Positions 22,030-30,825 of a stretch of 32,000 bases of DNA are shown here, in pieces. How positions within the stretch are numbered: the stretch's first letter is position 1; each line of letters opens with the position of its first letter. This DNA is from Raphidiopsis brookii D9 (GTDB lineage: Bacteria > Cyanobacteriota > Cyanobacteriia > Cyanobacteriales > Nostocaceae). The translations under genes were made by a program, and so were the position numbers. The notes under the pieces were generated by a model. The model saw nothing but the letters and a program-made list of their open reading frames with translations, was not told the origin of the DNA and searched no databases. The DNA lies in the NCBI GenBank assembly GCA_000175855.1, contig ACYB01000007.1, positions 1 to 32,000 on the forward strand, in the 5' to 3' direction.

Positions 22030-23673
22030 CTATTCCTCTTGCTTATATTCATGCTTCCTATATTTCATGCTCGCAAAACTCAGTGGTTGCTCTAGGGGTT
22101 TTTTATCTTCAGTCTTATATTCAGTGTTATTTTCCTCCCCCACCCGTGGGATATCTAATTGTTTAAATGCCTGACGAATTGTCGCTACATTACCTTCACT
22201 AGCTGCTAGACGTAGATCTCTTTTAAAATGGGCATAATTAATAGCCTCCTGTTGGGAACGGGAACTAGTTTCAAAGCACTTTTCTAAAGTTTCAAAAATA
22301 CCTACTCGGCGGGTTTTTTTCTTGAATTGTCTTTCTGTGTCTAGTAACTTTGCCATCAACTCTAATTCCATAGAGTTACCTGCACAGATTTGTTCTAATA
22401 CCTCCCACTCATCCCCACCTAATAAACTATAATCTGCGCCAGGTCGAGAATCTTTAAATTTTTCTCCTGTCACTTGTTCATATATTTGGGGTAAACTGTC
22501 ATCAAATTCGTGTTTTTCTTCCAGCCAAATACGGCGAATTTCACTCAGTTCTTCCATGGAGATTAGGGTGATATTGGCCATGTTTTCCGGTGCATTCTCT
22601 CTCATTTCTTTTTGTGCTGTTAATAATTTCCTTAACCAGTATTCTCGCCAAGATTTTGTATATGGCCCAGGTATGGGTTCAACCGACATTTCCCCATTTT
22701 TATTCCGTTCAAATAATTGAACTTCCCCCCAAATGCGACGAAAATCTCTTTTTTCTCGGTCATTTTCAATATCTAATTCCTTCCTAAACTCAACTATTGG
22801 TTGCATCCACTCTTTTTCTTGATCATTTTGAATCATTGCACTCAGGGATACATCACGATCAACTAGGGTACAAACCCAACAACCAAAACGAGAACTACCA
22901 CAACTTGGAGTAGATGTATCAACAACCAGCGGACATTCATTATCCTCCGTTGATTGCCTATACATCACAAATAGATCCTTGTTACTGTGTCCCCAAGGAT
23001 TATCCCACTGCATCAAATATAGCCAAACTTCATCAGTCCGCCAATCTTCTATGGGACTGTAAACCAGGGAATTGGGTAAATTGCCATTGGGACTCAGGCG
23101 ATCGCGCAGTCTTTTAGCCTCCATTTTTTTCATGGTAGCAGCGCGATTTTTACTTTCGGTTTTGCGAATACCCAGAACCAGGATTGTTTCTCCACTTTCC
23201 CTAACCATATTACGAATAAAACGGTTAGATGGACTTATTTTTAGACGTTCAGTACACCAGCGGAATTTTTGACGGGGAGCAGGATATCCCTTACCAATTA
23301 GACCCACCCAATAGGTCTCCTTTGTTTCTGGTTGTAAAAGGTGAGCTTGCATGGGAACTTGCTGTTCTTGGGCAGCTTTTTTGATATTTTCATGAGAAGT
23401 GCGTACCCAAGCGGAAACGTATGGATTTTCTACGCCTGTGTCTGTCGTAATGACGTGAATAGTCTTAGCTCTTTTTTCTGGTGGTAAATTAGAAATAGCG
23501 TTCCAAATCAGTTGTAAGATTGCCGTACTGTCTTTTCCTCCAGAATAACCAACCACCCAGGGTATGTCGTCCAAACAGTATAGTTGCTGAATTTCTTTTG
23601 TAAGAACTTGAATATACTCCACCAGCTCAGCTACAGTTCGATTCGGCGGGGTTTTACTTTCTGATGTCACCAT
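22030..23673 (-). CDS. dndC: DNA sulfur modification protein DndC (PAPS-reductase family)
   Basis: VVGYSGGKDSTAILQLIWNAISNL, HVITTDTGVENPYVSAWV, CTERLKISPSNRFI, CGSSRFGCWVCTLVDRD cysteines. Confidence 0.95.
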   Translation of the reverse strand: MVTSESKTPPNRTVAELVEYIQVLTKEIQQLYCLDDIPWVVGYSGGKDSTAILQLIWNAISNLPPEKRAKTIHVITTDTGVENPYVSAWVRTSHENIKKAAQEQQVPMQAHLLQPETKETYWVGLIGKGYPAPRQKFRWCTERLKISPSNRFIRNMVRESGETILVLGIRKTESKNRAATMKKMEAKRLRDRLSPNGNLPNSLVYSPIEDWRTDEVWLYLMQWDNPWGHSNKDLFVMYRQSTEDNECPLVVDTSTPSCGSSRFGCWVCTLVDRDVSLSAMIQNDQEKEWMQPIVEFRKELDIENDREKRDFRRIWGEVQLFERNKNGEMSVEPIPGPYTKSWREYWLRKLLTAQKEMRENAPENMANITLISMEELSEIRRIWLEEKHEFDDSLPQIYEQVTGEKFKDSRPGADYSLLGGDEWEVLEQICAGNSMELELMAKLLDTERQFKKKTRRVGIFETLEKCFETSSRSQQEAINYAHFKRDLRLAASEGNVATIRQAFKQLDIPRVGEENNTEYKTEDKKPLEQPLSFASMKYRKHEYKQEE

Positions 23674-23773
23674 GGTTGTAATTGGGGATAATTGGGGATG
23701 ATTTTATCAATATCAGTAGGGATTCAAGTTGGGAATCTAAATCAGACTTTACAAGGCTAATTTCAAGAAAGTA

Positions 23774-23820
23774 TTGACAATTATAGTTTCATACCAGTAT
23801 GTAGTATTTTGGCAAAATAC
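23774..23820 (+). promoter_or_regulatory. Candidate sigma70-like promoter plus inverted repeats upstream of dndB, in the dndC/dndB divergent region
   Basis: TTGACA (23774-23779), 18-nt spacer, TATGTA (23798-23803); overlapping CATAC-CA-GTATG and GTATTTT-GGC-AAAATAC inverted repeats. Confidence 0.4.
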
Positions 23821-23860
23821 ACAACCTAATCTCCTATTAAGTTTTTAGAAAATTAACTTC

Positions 23861-25413
23861 ATGGCAAAAATACCTCAAGATAACCGTAACATTTTTCCTC
23901 AGTACCCAGTAGGTCAACCTCCCCAACTCCCATCTCAAATTATGGTTCAACAAACGAAAATGGGTAATGTTACCGCTTATCTAGGCTCAGTTACTTTAGA
24001 ATGGTTTGCAAAAAAGGTTAAGTTCGCCTCTACTTTACCAATATTGCAAAATAAATATAATCCGGTTACGGATAACATTGAAATTGACGCGGATAGTATT
24101 GAGCAGATTCAAGAGCGTTCTCTGGATTGGTCACGTCAAAGTTCATTGTTACAATATCTAGCTATACATAGAAATCATAAGTTTCCACCAGTACTAGTTG
24201 TAATCAGTCAACCCTGGGTGAATGATGAAAAATCGGACTTATGGGATGGGGAGGGTCGTGCCAAAAAAGCAACTACTGATTTTATCCCTTCAGATGCAAA
24301 TAGTCATATTGGTTTATTGAATGTAGCGGAAGAAGATACAAGTATTTATGTTTTAGATGGTCAACATAGATTAATGGGAGTTCAGGGTTTATTAGAACTG
24401 TTAGAAAATGGAAGAATAGCAAGATATAACCGAGATAAAATCCCCACTGATAGTTATATAGATCTGTCAGAGTTGGTAGACCAATATAGGATTGATGTTG
24501 ACTATCTCAAACAATTACCCCAGGAAAAATTGGCATTGAATTTATTTGCGCAGTCAATAGTGGAGAAACCTACTCAGAAGCCAAACAGAGAGTCAGATCA
24601 ATTTTTGTGCATGTGAATTTAATGGCTACCCCCTTAACTAAAGGTCAACTGATCCAATTAAATGAAGATAATGGTTTTGCAATTGTAGCCAGAAAAATAG
24701 CAGTAAGTCATCCCCTGTTAGCGCACAGAGAGAATCGGAAACCTCGGATTAACTGGAACAGCGCCACGGTAGCAGCTAACTCCACCGTATTGACCACATT
24801 ACAAGCTTTACAAGACATGTCAACTAAATATTTGGGATACAAATTTCCCCATTGGCAACCCCAAATTAAGGGATTGATTCCCATGCGTCCAGACCCTGAC
24901 CAGTTAGGGGAAGGAATGAGGGAATTTCAACAGCTATTTGACCATTTAGCTACCCTACCTAGTTATAAGATTTTAGATCATGAGGATACACCTGTTTTAC
25001 GGCGATTCAGTTTTGAAAAAGGCGGTGGTGAGGGCAATATTTTATTTCGTCCTGTGGCACAAGTTGCCTTAGCAGAAGCTTTAGGAATTTTAGTTTTTAA
25101 AAATGGACTCTTATTAGAAAACATTTTTAAAAAGTTGCAAAAATTTGATCTTCAGGGTGGTTTTAGTCAAATGGAATTTCCTAATTCTGTATGGTATGGA
25201 GTTTTATATGATCCGAATAAAAAGCGAGTTCAAGTGTCTAAAAAAGAATTGGCAGTAAAATTATTAATTTATCTATTGGGGGGAATCAAAGACCGGATGG
25301 AAATTGCACAACTACGCAAAGCACTAGCAAGTGCTAGAACCAGAGAAGATCGTGCCATGGACTTTGATGGGAACTGGGTTAGTGATCAAGAGGTAGGACT
25401 TCCATCCATATAG
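23861..25413 (+). pseudogene. dndB: DNA sulfur modification regulator DndB (DGQHR domain), interrupted by a frameshift (ORFs 23861..24616 and 24607..25413)
   Basis: VTAYLGSVTLEWFAKKVKFAS and YVLDGQHRLMGVQGLLELLENGR in ORF1; VNLMATPLTKGQLIQLNEDNGFAIVARKIAVSHPLL continues in the other frame after T5 (24602-24606). Confidence 0.88.
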
Positions 25414-25448
25414 CATCTATATAGGAGTTAGATTACAAGCGGGGGGGA

Positions 25449-25922
25449 CTAGGATAAAAATCTAGAGAGATCAAATTCTCCATCTTCCCCATCAATTGTT
25501 TGATGTTCACGCTGTAAAAACAATAGAATTCTCTCCGTATAATTCACGGATCCTCTGATTTGAGTCTCTAAAATCTCTAACCCCCCATTAGCATATTCTT
25601 CAAAAATTTGATTACGTTGTTTTTCTTCTTCGTCATTATTAGGTGATAAAAGTTGAATATTCTCTGTTTCTACAATTGCCAGTAATTTGATCAACACATC
25701 ATATCCTGAGGTTGCAAAAACCTCTAATCTGATGGGAGAGGGATCCCTTTTCGAGATCTCTTCAAATGGAATACGCTTCTGATATTTAATACCTAAAGCA
25801 GCAGCAAAAGCAATCACATCAGCAAAGGTTTGAAAGGGACCTTGGGATCCATCATTAGCAACTAAAGCCTTAACAAAATCTGCTTTATCTCCAGCAATTC
25901 TAATTCTACTAGTTTCAGCCAT
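25449..25922 (-). CDS. Probable DNA phosphorothioation-associated protein (dnd_assoc_4-like), 157 aa
   Basis: RIRIAGDKADFVKALVANDGSQGPFQTFADVIAFAAALGIKYQKRIPFEE...RLEVFATSGYDVLIKLLAI, recalled similarity to small proteins annotated beside dnd genes. Not verified by a profile search. Confidence 0.6.
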   Translation of the reverse strand: MAETSRIRIAGDKADFVKALVANDGSQGPFQTFADVIAFAAALGIKYQKRIPFEEISKRDPSPIRLEVFATSGYDVLIKLLAIVETENIQLLSPNNDEEEKQRNQIFEEYANGGLEILETQIRGSVNYTERILLFLQREHQTIDGEDGEFDLSRFLS

Positions 25923-25994
25923 AACTAGAAAACAGTTAACTCCTTTCTACTGCTACAATTTCACTGTACTCGAAACCATTAGGACTTTGACGGG

Positions 25995-28004
25995 TTAGGT
26001 AATATTTTCCCTACCTATTTGCAAAAAGTCCTCTTCACAGTTGGGTTTAGAAGAGTAATAGGTCAGGACATATTCCTTACCAATTCGCTCCATAATTTCG
26101 GACTCAACTTCCTCTCTCCATTGGGTCTTGGTCACCAGCACTACTAACTGATTAGCCAACTTGGGAATGGTGTGTGCAATGTGACGACGAGAGTTAGCAT
26201 CTAAACTGCCAAAGGGTGAATCCATTACTATGGGGAAGGTACTACTATCGGGAACCATCATGATTTTTTTCTTTTCACTCCATTCCCTTACTTTATCAAT
26301 AATACTGGCGATAAATGATAAACTGAGAATTTGATTTTCCCCGGTGGATGCTGCAACAGGAGCTTCTATTCCAGTTGTATTCTCTACTAAGGTCAGTTCA
26401 TATTTTTCGCTAATTTTGGGAATATATGGTGTAACGGAAATTTCTGAGAATATTTCTTGCACTCGTTTCTCTAATTGCAATCTAAATTGTTTTTCTTGTC
26501 TATTTTTCACTTCAGTTAATATATCAATAGCATCTTGGGTAGCAATAATTCGACGCTGGGCCAAAATCTGTCGTCCTTCATTTTGTTTTTGCTTGGCAAT
26601 TTGTTTGACTACAAGATCAATTTCTGTATTTAAGTGAGAAATTTCTTTTTGGTTTGATCCTTGCTCCCGATTTAAATCGTCAATTCTTGCTTCTATTTCA
26701 TCCAATCTCTTTTGTAACCCGCTAATGTCTTCATTTGGGTCTTTCCTCAAAATCTCCTCAATGCTATCTAAGTTCATCTCTATATCAGAAAGTGATGTCT
26801 TCAGCTGATAAATTCTTTCTTGTTCTCGATTGATCATCTCCAAAAATAATTGAGCTTGTTTTTCCAGATCATCTATTTGCGCTCCCATTCTAATTGCAGT
26901 TTCTTCCACGGAAGAAGATCCAGTTTTTCTCAAAAGTGATTTAACGTGAAAATGTCCATTCCCTCCTTCTTTTAGTTCTGCGCCACAAATGCACCTACCA
27001 CTTTTCATCAATTCGCTGACAAATTCTCTGGAAATACCAGATTTTAATTGCCCGCGCTCTTTGAAAGCCACAATAATTTGTCTGAATTTAACTGTTGTCT
27101 CATTTAATAATAATGTGTATGCCTGTTTGGAAATAGCTCTTTTCAAACTCTCCTTGGTTTTTTTTAATTCATCATAACTGTTGCGTTTTTGACTTTCTAG
27201 ACTTTCCCTTCTTTCTTGTAAATCCCTAACCGAACTCAATTCTACCAATCTGGCACTGATATCCTTTTTAAAAACCTGTTGATTTTCTAAATCTTGAGCT
27301 ATTTCCGTTTGTCTTTGGGAAATTTTACTAATTTCTCTTTCTAGTGTACTTTCTTGTTTTAATAATTGTTTAGTTTCCGCATCCCCAATAGCTGCCAATT
27401 CACTGTCTAAAGTTTTTTTAGCCTCCTTTAAATGTTTGGTTGCCAGATCAATCACCTTAACACCTAAAAATATTTCCGTAGCTTCAGCAATTTCAGCTTT
27501 TTTATCAGAGCGGACAATTTCTTCTATTCTTTCTCCATCAAAAAAGAAGTATTGATGTAAACTTACGGGCAATATATTATTGATTATTTCCTCTGGTTGC
27601 TCAATAGGAAAATACCACTTACCATCATCCCCCACAATTTGAATTGTTAATTTAGTTTTGGTAGCATCAATAGTAGTGGGATTTTTATAAACCCGACAGT
27701 TACGTTTTGCCCGGTAGCGAACCCCTTCATGTTCCCAACCTACTTCTACCCAACATTCTACAGCTTGATCCTCTCCTACTTCTGAAATCGCACGTTTATT
27801 AACTAGCTGCTCTGTCACCGCAAAAGCAGCTGTAAATTTTTCATATAGCACCCAGGTGAATCCATTTAATAAACTGGTTTTTCCCGCACCATTATTACCA
27901 TGAATTATGGTGGTATTCTGAAACTCTCCACCTGCTATGGCAATTTCCGGTGTTTGTCCATAAAAGGAACGAAAATTACAAAATTTAATCGAAGTTAATT
28001 TCAT
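25995..28004 (-). CDS. DndD/Rad50/SMC-like AAA ATPase, 669 aa
   Basis: MKLTSIKFCNFRSFYGQ, Walker A IIHGNNGAGKTSLLNGF, FFFDGERIEEI, coiled-coil centre with GRCICGAEL, ENQILSLSFIASIIDKVREWS, and PIVMDSPFGSLDANSRRHIAH (Walker B/D-loop). Confidence 0.88.
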   Translation of the reverse strand: MKLTSIKFCNFRSFYGQTPEIAIAGGEFQNTTIIHGNNGAGKTSLLNGFTWVLYEKFTAAFAVTEQLVNKRAISEVGEDQAVECWVEVGWEHEGVRYRAKRNCRVYKNPTTIDATKTKLTIQIVGDDGKWYFPIEQPEEIINNILPVSLHQYFFFDGERIEEIVRSDKKAEIAEATEIFLGVKVIDLATKHLKEAKKTLDSELAAIGDAETKQLLKQESTLEREISKISQRQTEIAQDLENQQVFKKDISARLVELSSVRDLQERRESLESQKRNSYDELKKTKESLKRAISKQAYTLLLNETTVKFRQIIVAFKERGQLKSGISREFVSELMKSGRCICGAELKEGGNGHFHVKSLLRKTGSSSVEETAIRMGAQIDDLEKQAQLFLEMINREQERIYQLKTSLSDIEMNLDSIEEILRKDPNEDISGLQKRLDEIEARIDDLNREQGSNQKEISHLNTEIDLVVKQIAKQKQNEGRQILAQRRIIATQDAIDILTEVKNRQEKQFRLQLEKRVQEIFSEISVTPYIPKISEKYELTLVENTTGIEAPVAASTGENQILSLSFIASIIDKVREWSEKKKIMMVPDSSTFPIVMDSPFGSLDANSRRHIAHTIPKLANQLVVLVTKTQWREEVESEIMERIGKEYVLTYYSSKPNCEEDFLQIGRENIT

Positions 28005-28015
28005 TGCTACACTAC

Positions 28016-28204
28016 TTATTTTACCGCTTCTTTAATTATTGCTAAAATGTCCTCATTAACTGCACCCTTGCTTTTTCTGGCCAGTCGCGATTTTTCCAAT
28101 CTACACACTTTTTCTATTATCTGTTTTACTTCAGGTGATGCAGCAGTAATTGGTGCTTGCACATCCTGGATTTTTAACTCTTGAGCTTCTAGTTCTCTGT
28201 TCAT
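28016..28204 (-). CDS. Small helical protein of unknown function in the ATPase module (62 aa from internal ATG; track ORF 28016..28237)
   Basis: MNRELEAQELKIQDVQAPITAASPEVKQIIEKVCRLEKSRLARKSKGAVNEDILAIIKEAVK; 11 bp upstream of the ATPase gene, same strand, G-rich stretch upstream of the internal ATG. Confidence 0.6.
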   Translation of the reverse strand: MNRELEAQELKIQDVQAPITAASPEVKQIIEKVCRLEKSRLARKSKGAVNEDILAIIKEAVK

Positions 28205-28311
28205 GACTATTTCCCCCCAGGTTTTGCCACCTATCATACCACAATATGTGTATGGAATGATTGGTCATCTAGAATTAAAATAAAGGGAAAGGGATGAGGG
28301 GGATGAGGACC

Positions 28312-28508
28312 ATGATCCGGGAAGTTGAAATCCGAGGCTTTAAATCGCTCTCTTGTTTGTAGTTGAACGTAACAGCAATGGTCAAACAAATATTCGTCGC
28401 CTTGAGTTAACCTCGGAACTAATTCAACTCAACCAAAAGTATCCTTTATCTCGCCTTTGGCTTATGGGAAATCTTGGAGGAGTGCCAAATATGGTCACCA
28501 AAAGATGA
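28312..28508 (+). pseudogene. Possible remnant(s) of an AAA/SMC-type ATPase gene
   Basis: 28312: ATG ATC CGG GAA GTT GAA ATC CGA GGC TTT AAA TCG CTC = MIREVEIRGFKSL..., stopped at 28360-28362. A second open stretch at 28389..28508 reads NIRRLELTSELIQLNQKYPLSRLWLMGNLGGVPNMVTKR*. Confidence 0.4.
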
Positions 28509-28601
28509 CATTCTCCCCGATTTCTGCACGAAATCTCCCCTAAATATTTCCCCTAACCTTGTAATATTAATCTCACTAACATACCATAGGAATCAAAAGC
28601 A

Positions 28602-29612
28602 ATGCGCAGAAGACACTTACTGTATCTTGGTACTGGTGCTACATTAGCACTCGCGACCCATGGTTGTACTCAGGGGGATTCCAAATCGACCCCCAATACC
28701 AATACTAGTGAAAATCCTGGTAAAATTACTATTGGTTTTTGGCCCGTAGCTTCTGGGTTACCATTATTTGTAGCAGATAAAAAAGGCTACTTTAAAGAAG
28801 CAGGTCTTAATGTGGAAGTAGCTCAATTTGCCTCCCCCAATCAAGTCGCTGAAGCTTTAATTGCTGGTAGATTACAGGGTACGGGTAATGGAGTGGCCAG
28901 TGGTGTGCTGGGCCTGTCTGAAATTACTTCACCGGGTCTGTTTAAAATTATTGCAGCTAATCCCAGCAATGTGGATTATAAACTAGACCAAATTGTAGTT
29001 GGTAAAAATAGCTCTATTAAATCTGTAACCGATTTAAAAAATAAAAAATTTGCCACAGGACCGGGAGCGCAAAATCTAGCCATTGCTCAAGCCATTTTAG
29101 CCGCAGCAGGGGTTGAAAAACCAGAAATCCAACAGTTAGAGATCCGCCAACATGTGGCAGCTATTGAATCAGGACAAATAGATGCTGCTTATACTCTAGA
29201 ACCTACTGGTACGGTTGGCAATCTTAAAGGTATCACCAGAGTTTTAGAAAATGGTGTGGTGTCTAAATATGTTTTAGGAGATCCTAAAGCACCCTGGTTT
29301 GGTGGTGCGGCGGTTTTAAGTACTCAATTCTTACAAAAATACCCCAAATCCACTGAAGCTTATATTAAAGCTTACCGTCGAGCTATTGCTGATATTAAGA
29401 ATCAACCGGATGGGGTGCGACAATATTTAGTCGGATATACGGCCATCTCTGGAGACTTAGTACAAAAAGTGCCCCTAGTTGGTTACACCATGTATGATGA
29501 ATTTACCGCTGAGGACATTAACTACTTCCAAAAATTCTTCGATTTTATGACTGACAAAAAAGTCTTTTCTAAAAAGGTAGATGTGGGTAGTCTGTTATAT
29601 AAAAATCCGTAG
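28602..29612 (+). CDS. ABC transporter substrate-binding lipoprotein, NitT/TauT/SsuA-like
   Basis: MRRRHLLYLGTGATLALATHGC (lipobox-like); ITIGFWPVASGLPLFVADKKGYFKEAGLNVEVAQFASPNQVAEALIAGRLQG; ...FATGPGAQNLAIAQAILAAAGV. Confidence 0.9.
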   Translation: MRRRHLLYLGTGATLALATHGCTQGDSKSTPNTNTSENPGKITIGFWPVASGLPLFVADKKGYFKEAGLNVEVAQFASPNQVAEALIAGRLQGTGNGVASGVLGLSEITSPGLFKIIAANPSNVDYKLDQIVVGKNSSIKSVTDLKNKKFATGPGAQNLAIAQAILAAAGVEKPEIQQLEIRQHVAAIESGQIDAAYTLEPTGTVGNLKGITRVLENGVVSKYVLGDPKAPWFGGAAVLSTQFLQKYPKSTEAYIKAYRRAIADIKNQPDGVRQYLVGYTAISGDLVQKVPLVGYTMYDEFTAEDINYFQKFFDFMTDKKVFSKKVDVGSLLYKNP

Positions 29613-29647
29613 ATTGATCCGCTGAAATTCAAGATAATTTAGCAATA

Positions 29648-30810
29648 AGTAAGTTGGACTGAAAAAACCAAACTATGTGAAGATAAATAAATAGGATATA
29701 CCGAGGTAATAAGATATGGGAGCTCGTTTAAGGGTATTTCTGACAAGTGAGGAAGATAAAACGCTGTTTAATCTAAGAAGTGCGGATGTACCACAGAAAG
29801 TCAAAGACCGAGCAGAAGTGATTAGGTTAAATGCACATGGATGGTACGTGGAAAAAATAGCAGCTCATTTTAACTGGACTTCACAAACAGTTAGAGAGGT
29901 TTTACATAAATGGGAAAAGTTTGGTCTAGAAGGACTGTGGGAAAAATCTGGTCGAGGAGGAAAACCGAAATACAGGGATTCAGACATAGAATTTCTGGAG
30001 GAATGCCTGAAAAAAGAACCACGTACATACAACAGTGTTCAATTAGCTCAAAAGTTAGAGACGGAACGCTCGGTTAAACTAAGTCCCGATAGGTTAAGAC
30101 GGGTACTAAAAAAAAGGGGATCATTTGGAAAAGAACCAGAAAAAGCCACAAAGGAAAACAAGACCCAGAAAGTAAACAAATCAAGCAAGCAGACCTAGAT
30201 ATGTTGGAATTATCCGCTGCTGGGGGAGAAATAGACTTGAAATATTTAGATGAATCAGGTTTTTGTATGTGGAGTGAACCGAGTTATACATATTACCAAA
30301 GAGGGGAGCAAAAAAACTTAGAGCAAACAAAACGCCGTGGTCGAAGACTAAGTATTATTGGTCTTCTTCAACCCTTAATTAGTTTTGTTTACGGTTTAGT
30401 AATTGGGGGGGTGAATCGCAAATCTTATATTGAAATGATGGAGCATGAAGCCGAAGAAGCAGAAAAACTGGGACGTATAAGAGTAATAGTACAGGATAAT
30501 GGTCCAATACATCAATGCAAAGAAGTGAGAAAGTTATGGTCAAAATGGGAGAGTCAGAATTTATACATTTTCTTTCTGCCCAAATATTGCTCTGAGATGA
30601 ATCCAATTGAATTAGAGTGGAAACACCTTAAAAAAGATGAGATATCGGGAAAAATGTTTGAAGATGAGTTAGAGCTTGCTTATGCCGTAATGGATGGAGT
30701 AAACGCTAGGGGAAAAAGAAATAAGCATAGTACAGAACGTATTAAATTTAACAACTCTTGCCTTTCTTAACCTTTCGTTACATAGCTATAAATTTCCCAG
30801 CCGACTTACT
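29648..30810 (+). mobile_element. IS630-family insertion sequence, about 1163 bp, apparently complete, TA flanks
   Basis: Terminal inverted repeats AGTAAGTTGGACTG (left) and AGTAAGTCGGCTGG (right, reverse complement) flanked by TA at 29646-29647 and 30811-30812; internal IS630-type transposase. Confidence 0.87.
29716..30770 (+). CDS. IS630 family transposase made by -1 frameshift (ORFA 29716..30198, ORFB 30201..30770)
   Basis: ORFA HTH (VIRLNAHGWYVEKIAAHFNWTSQTVREVLHKWEKFGLEGL). After a -1 shift at A8G4 (30108-30119) the frame reads KKKGIIWKRTRKSHKGKQDPESKQIKQADLDMLELSAAGGEIDLKYLDESGF into the DDE domain (VQDNGPIHQ; YCSEMNPIELEWKHLK). Confidence 0.9.
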
Positions 30811-30825
30811 TAATTCAAGATAATC

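Noticed and set aside
29716-30770. Treating the IS630 transposase as a pseudogene because it is in two ORFs
   Set aside because: A8G4 slippery tract, intact -1 frame, matching terminal inverted repeats and TA flanks fit a functional programmed-frameshift element.
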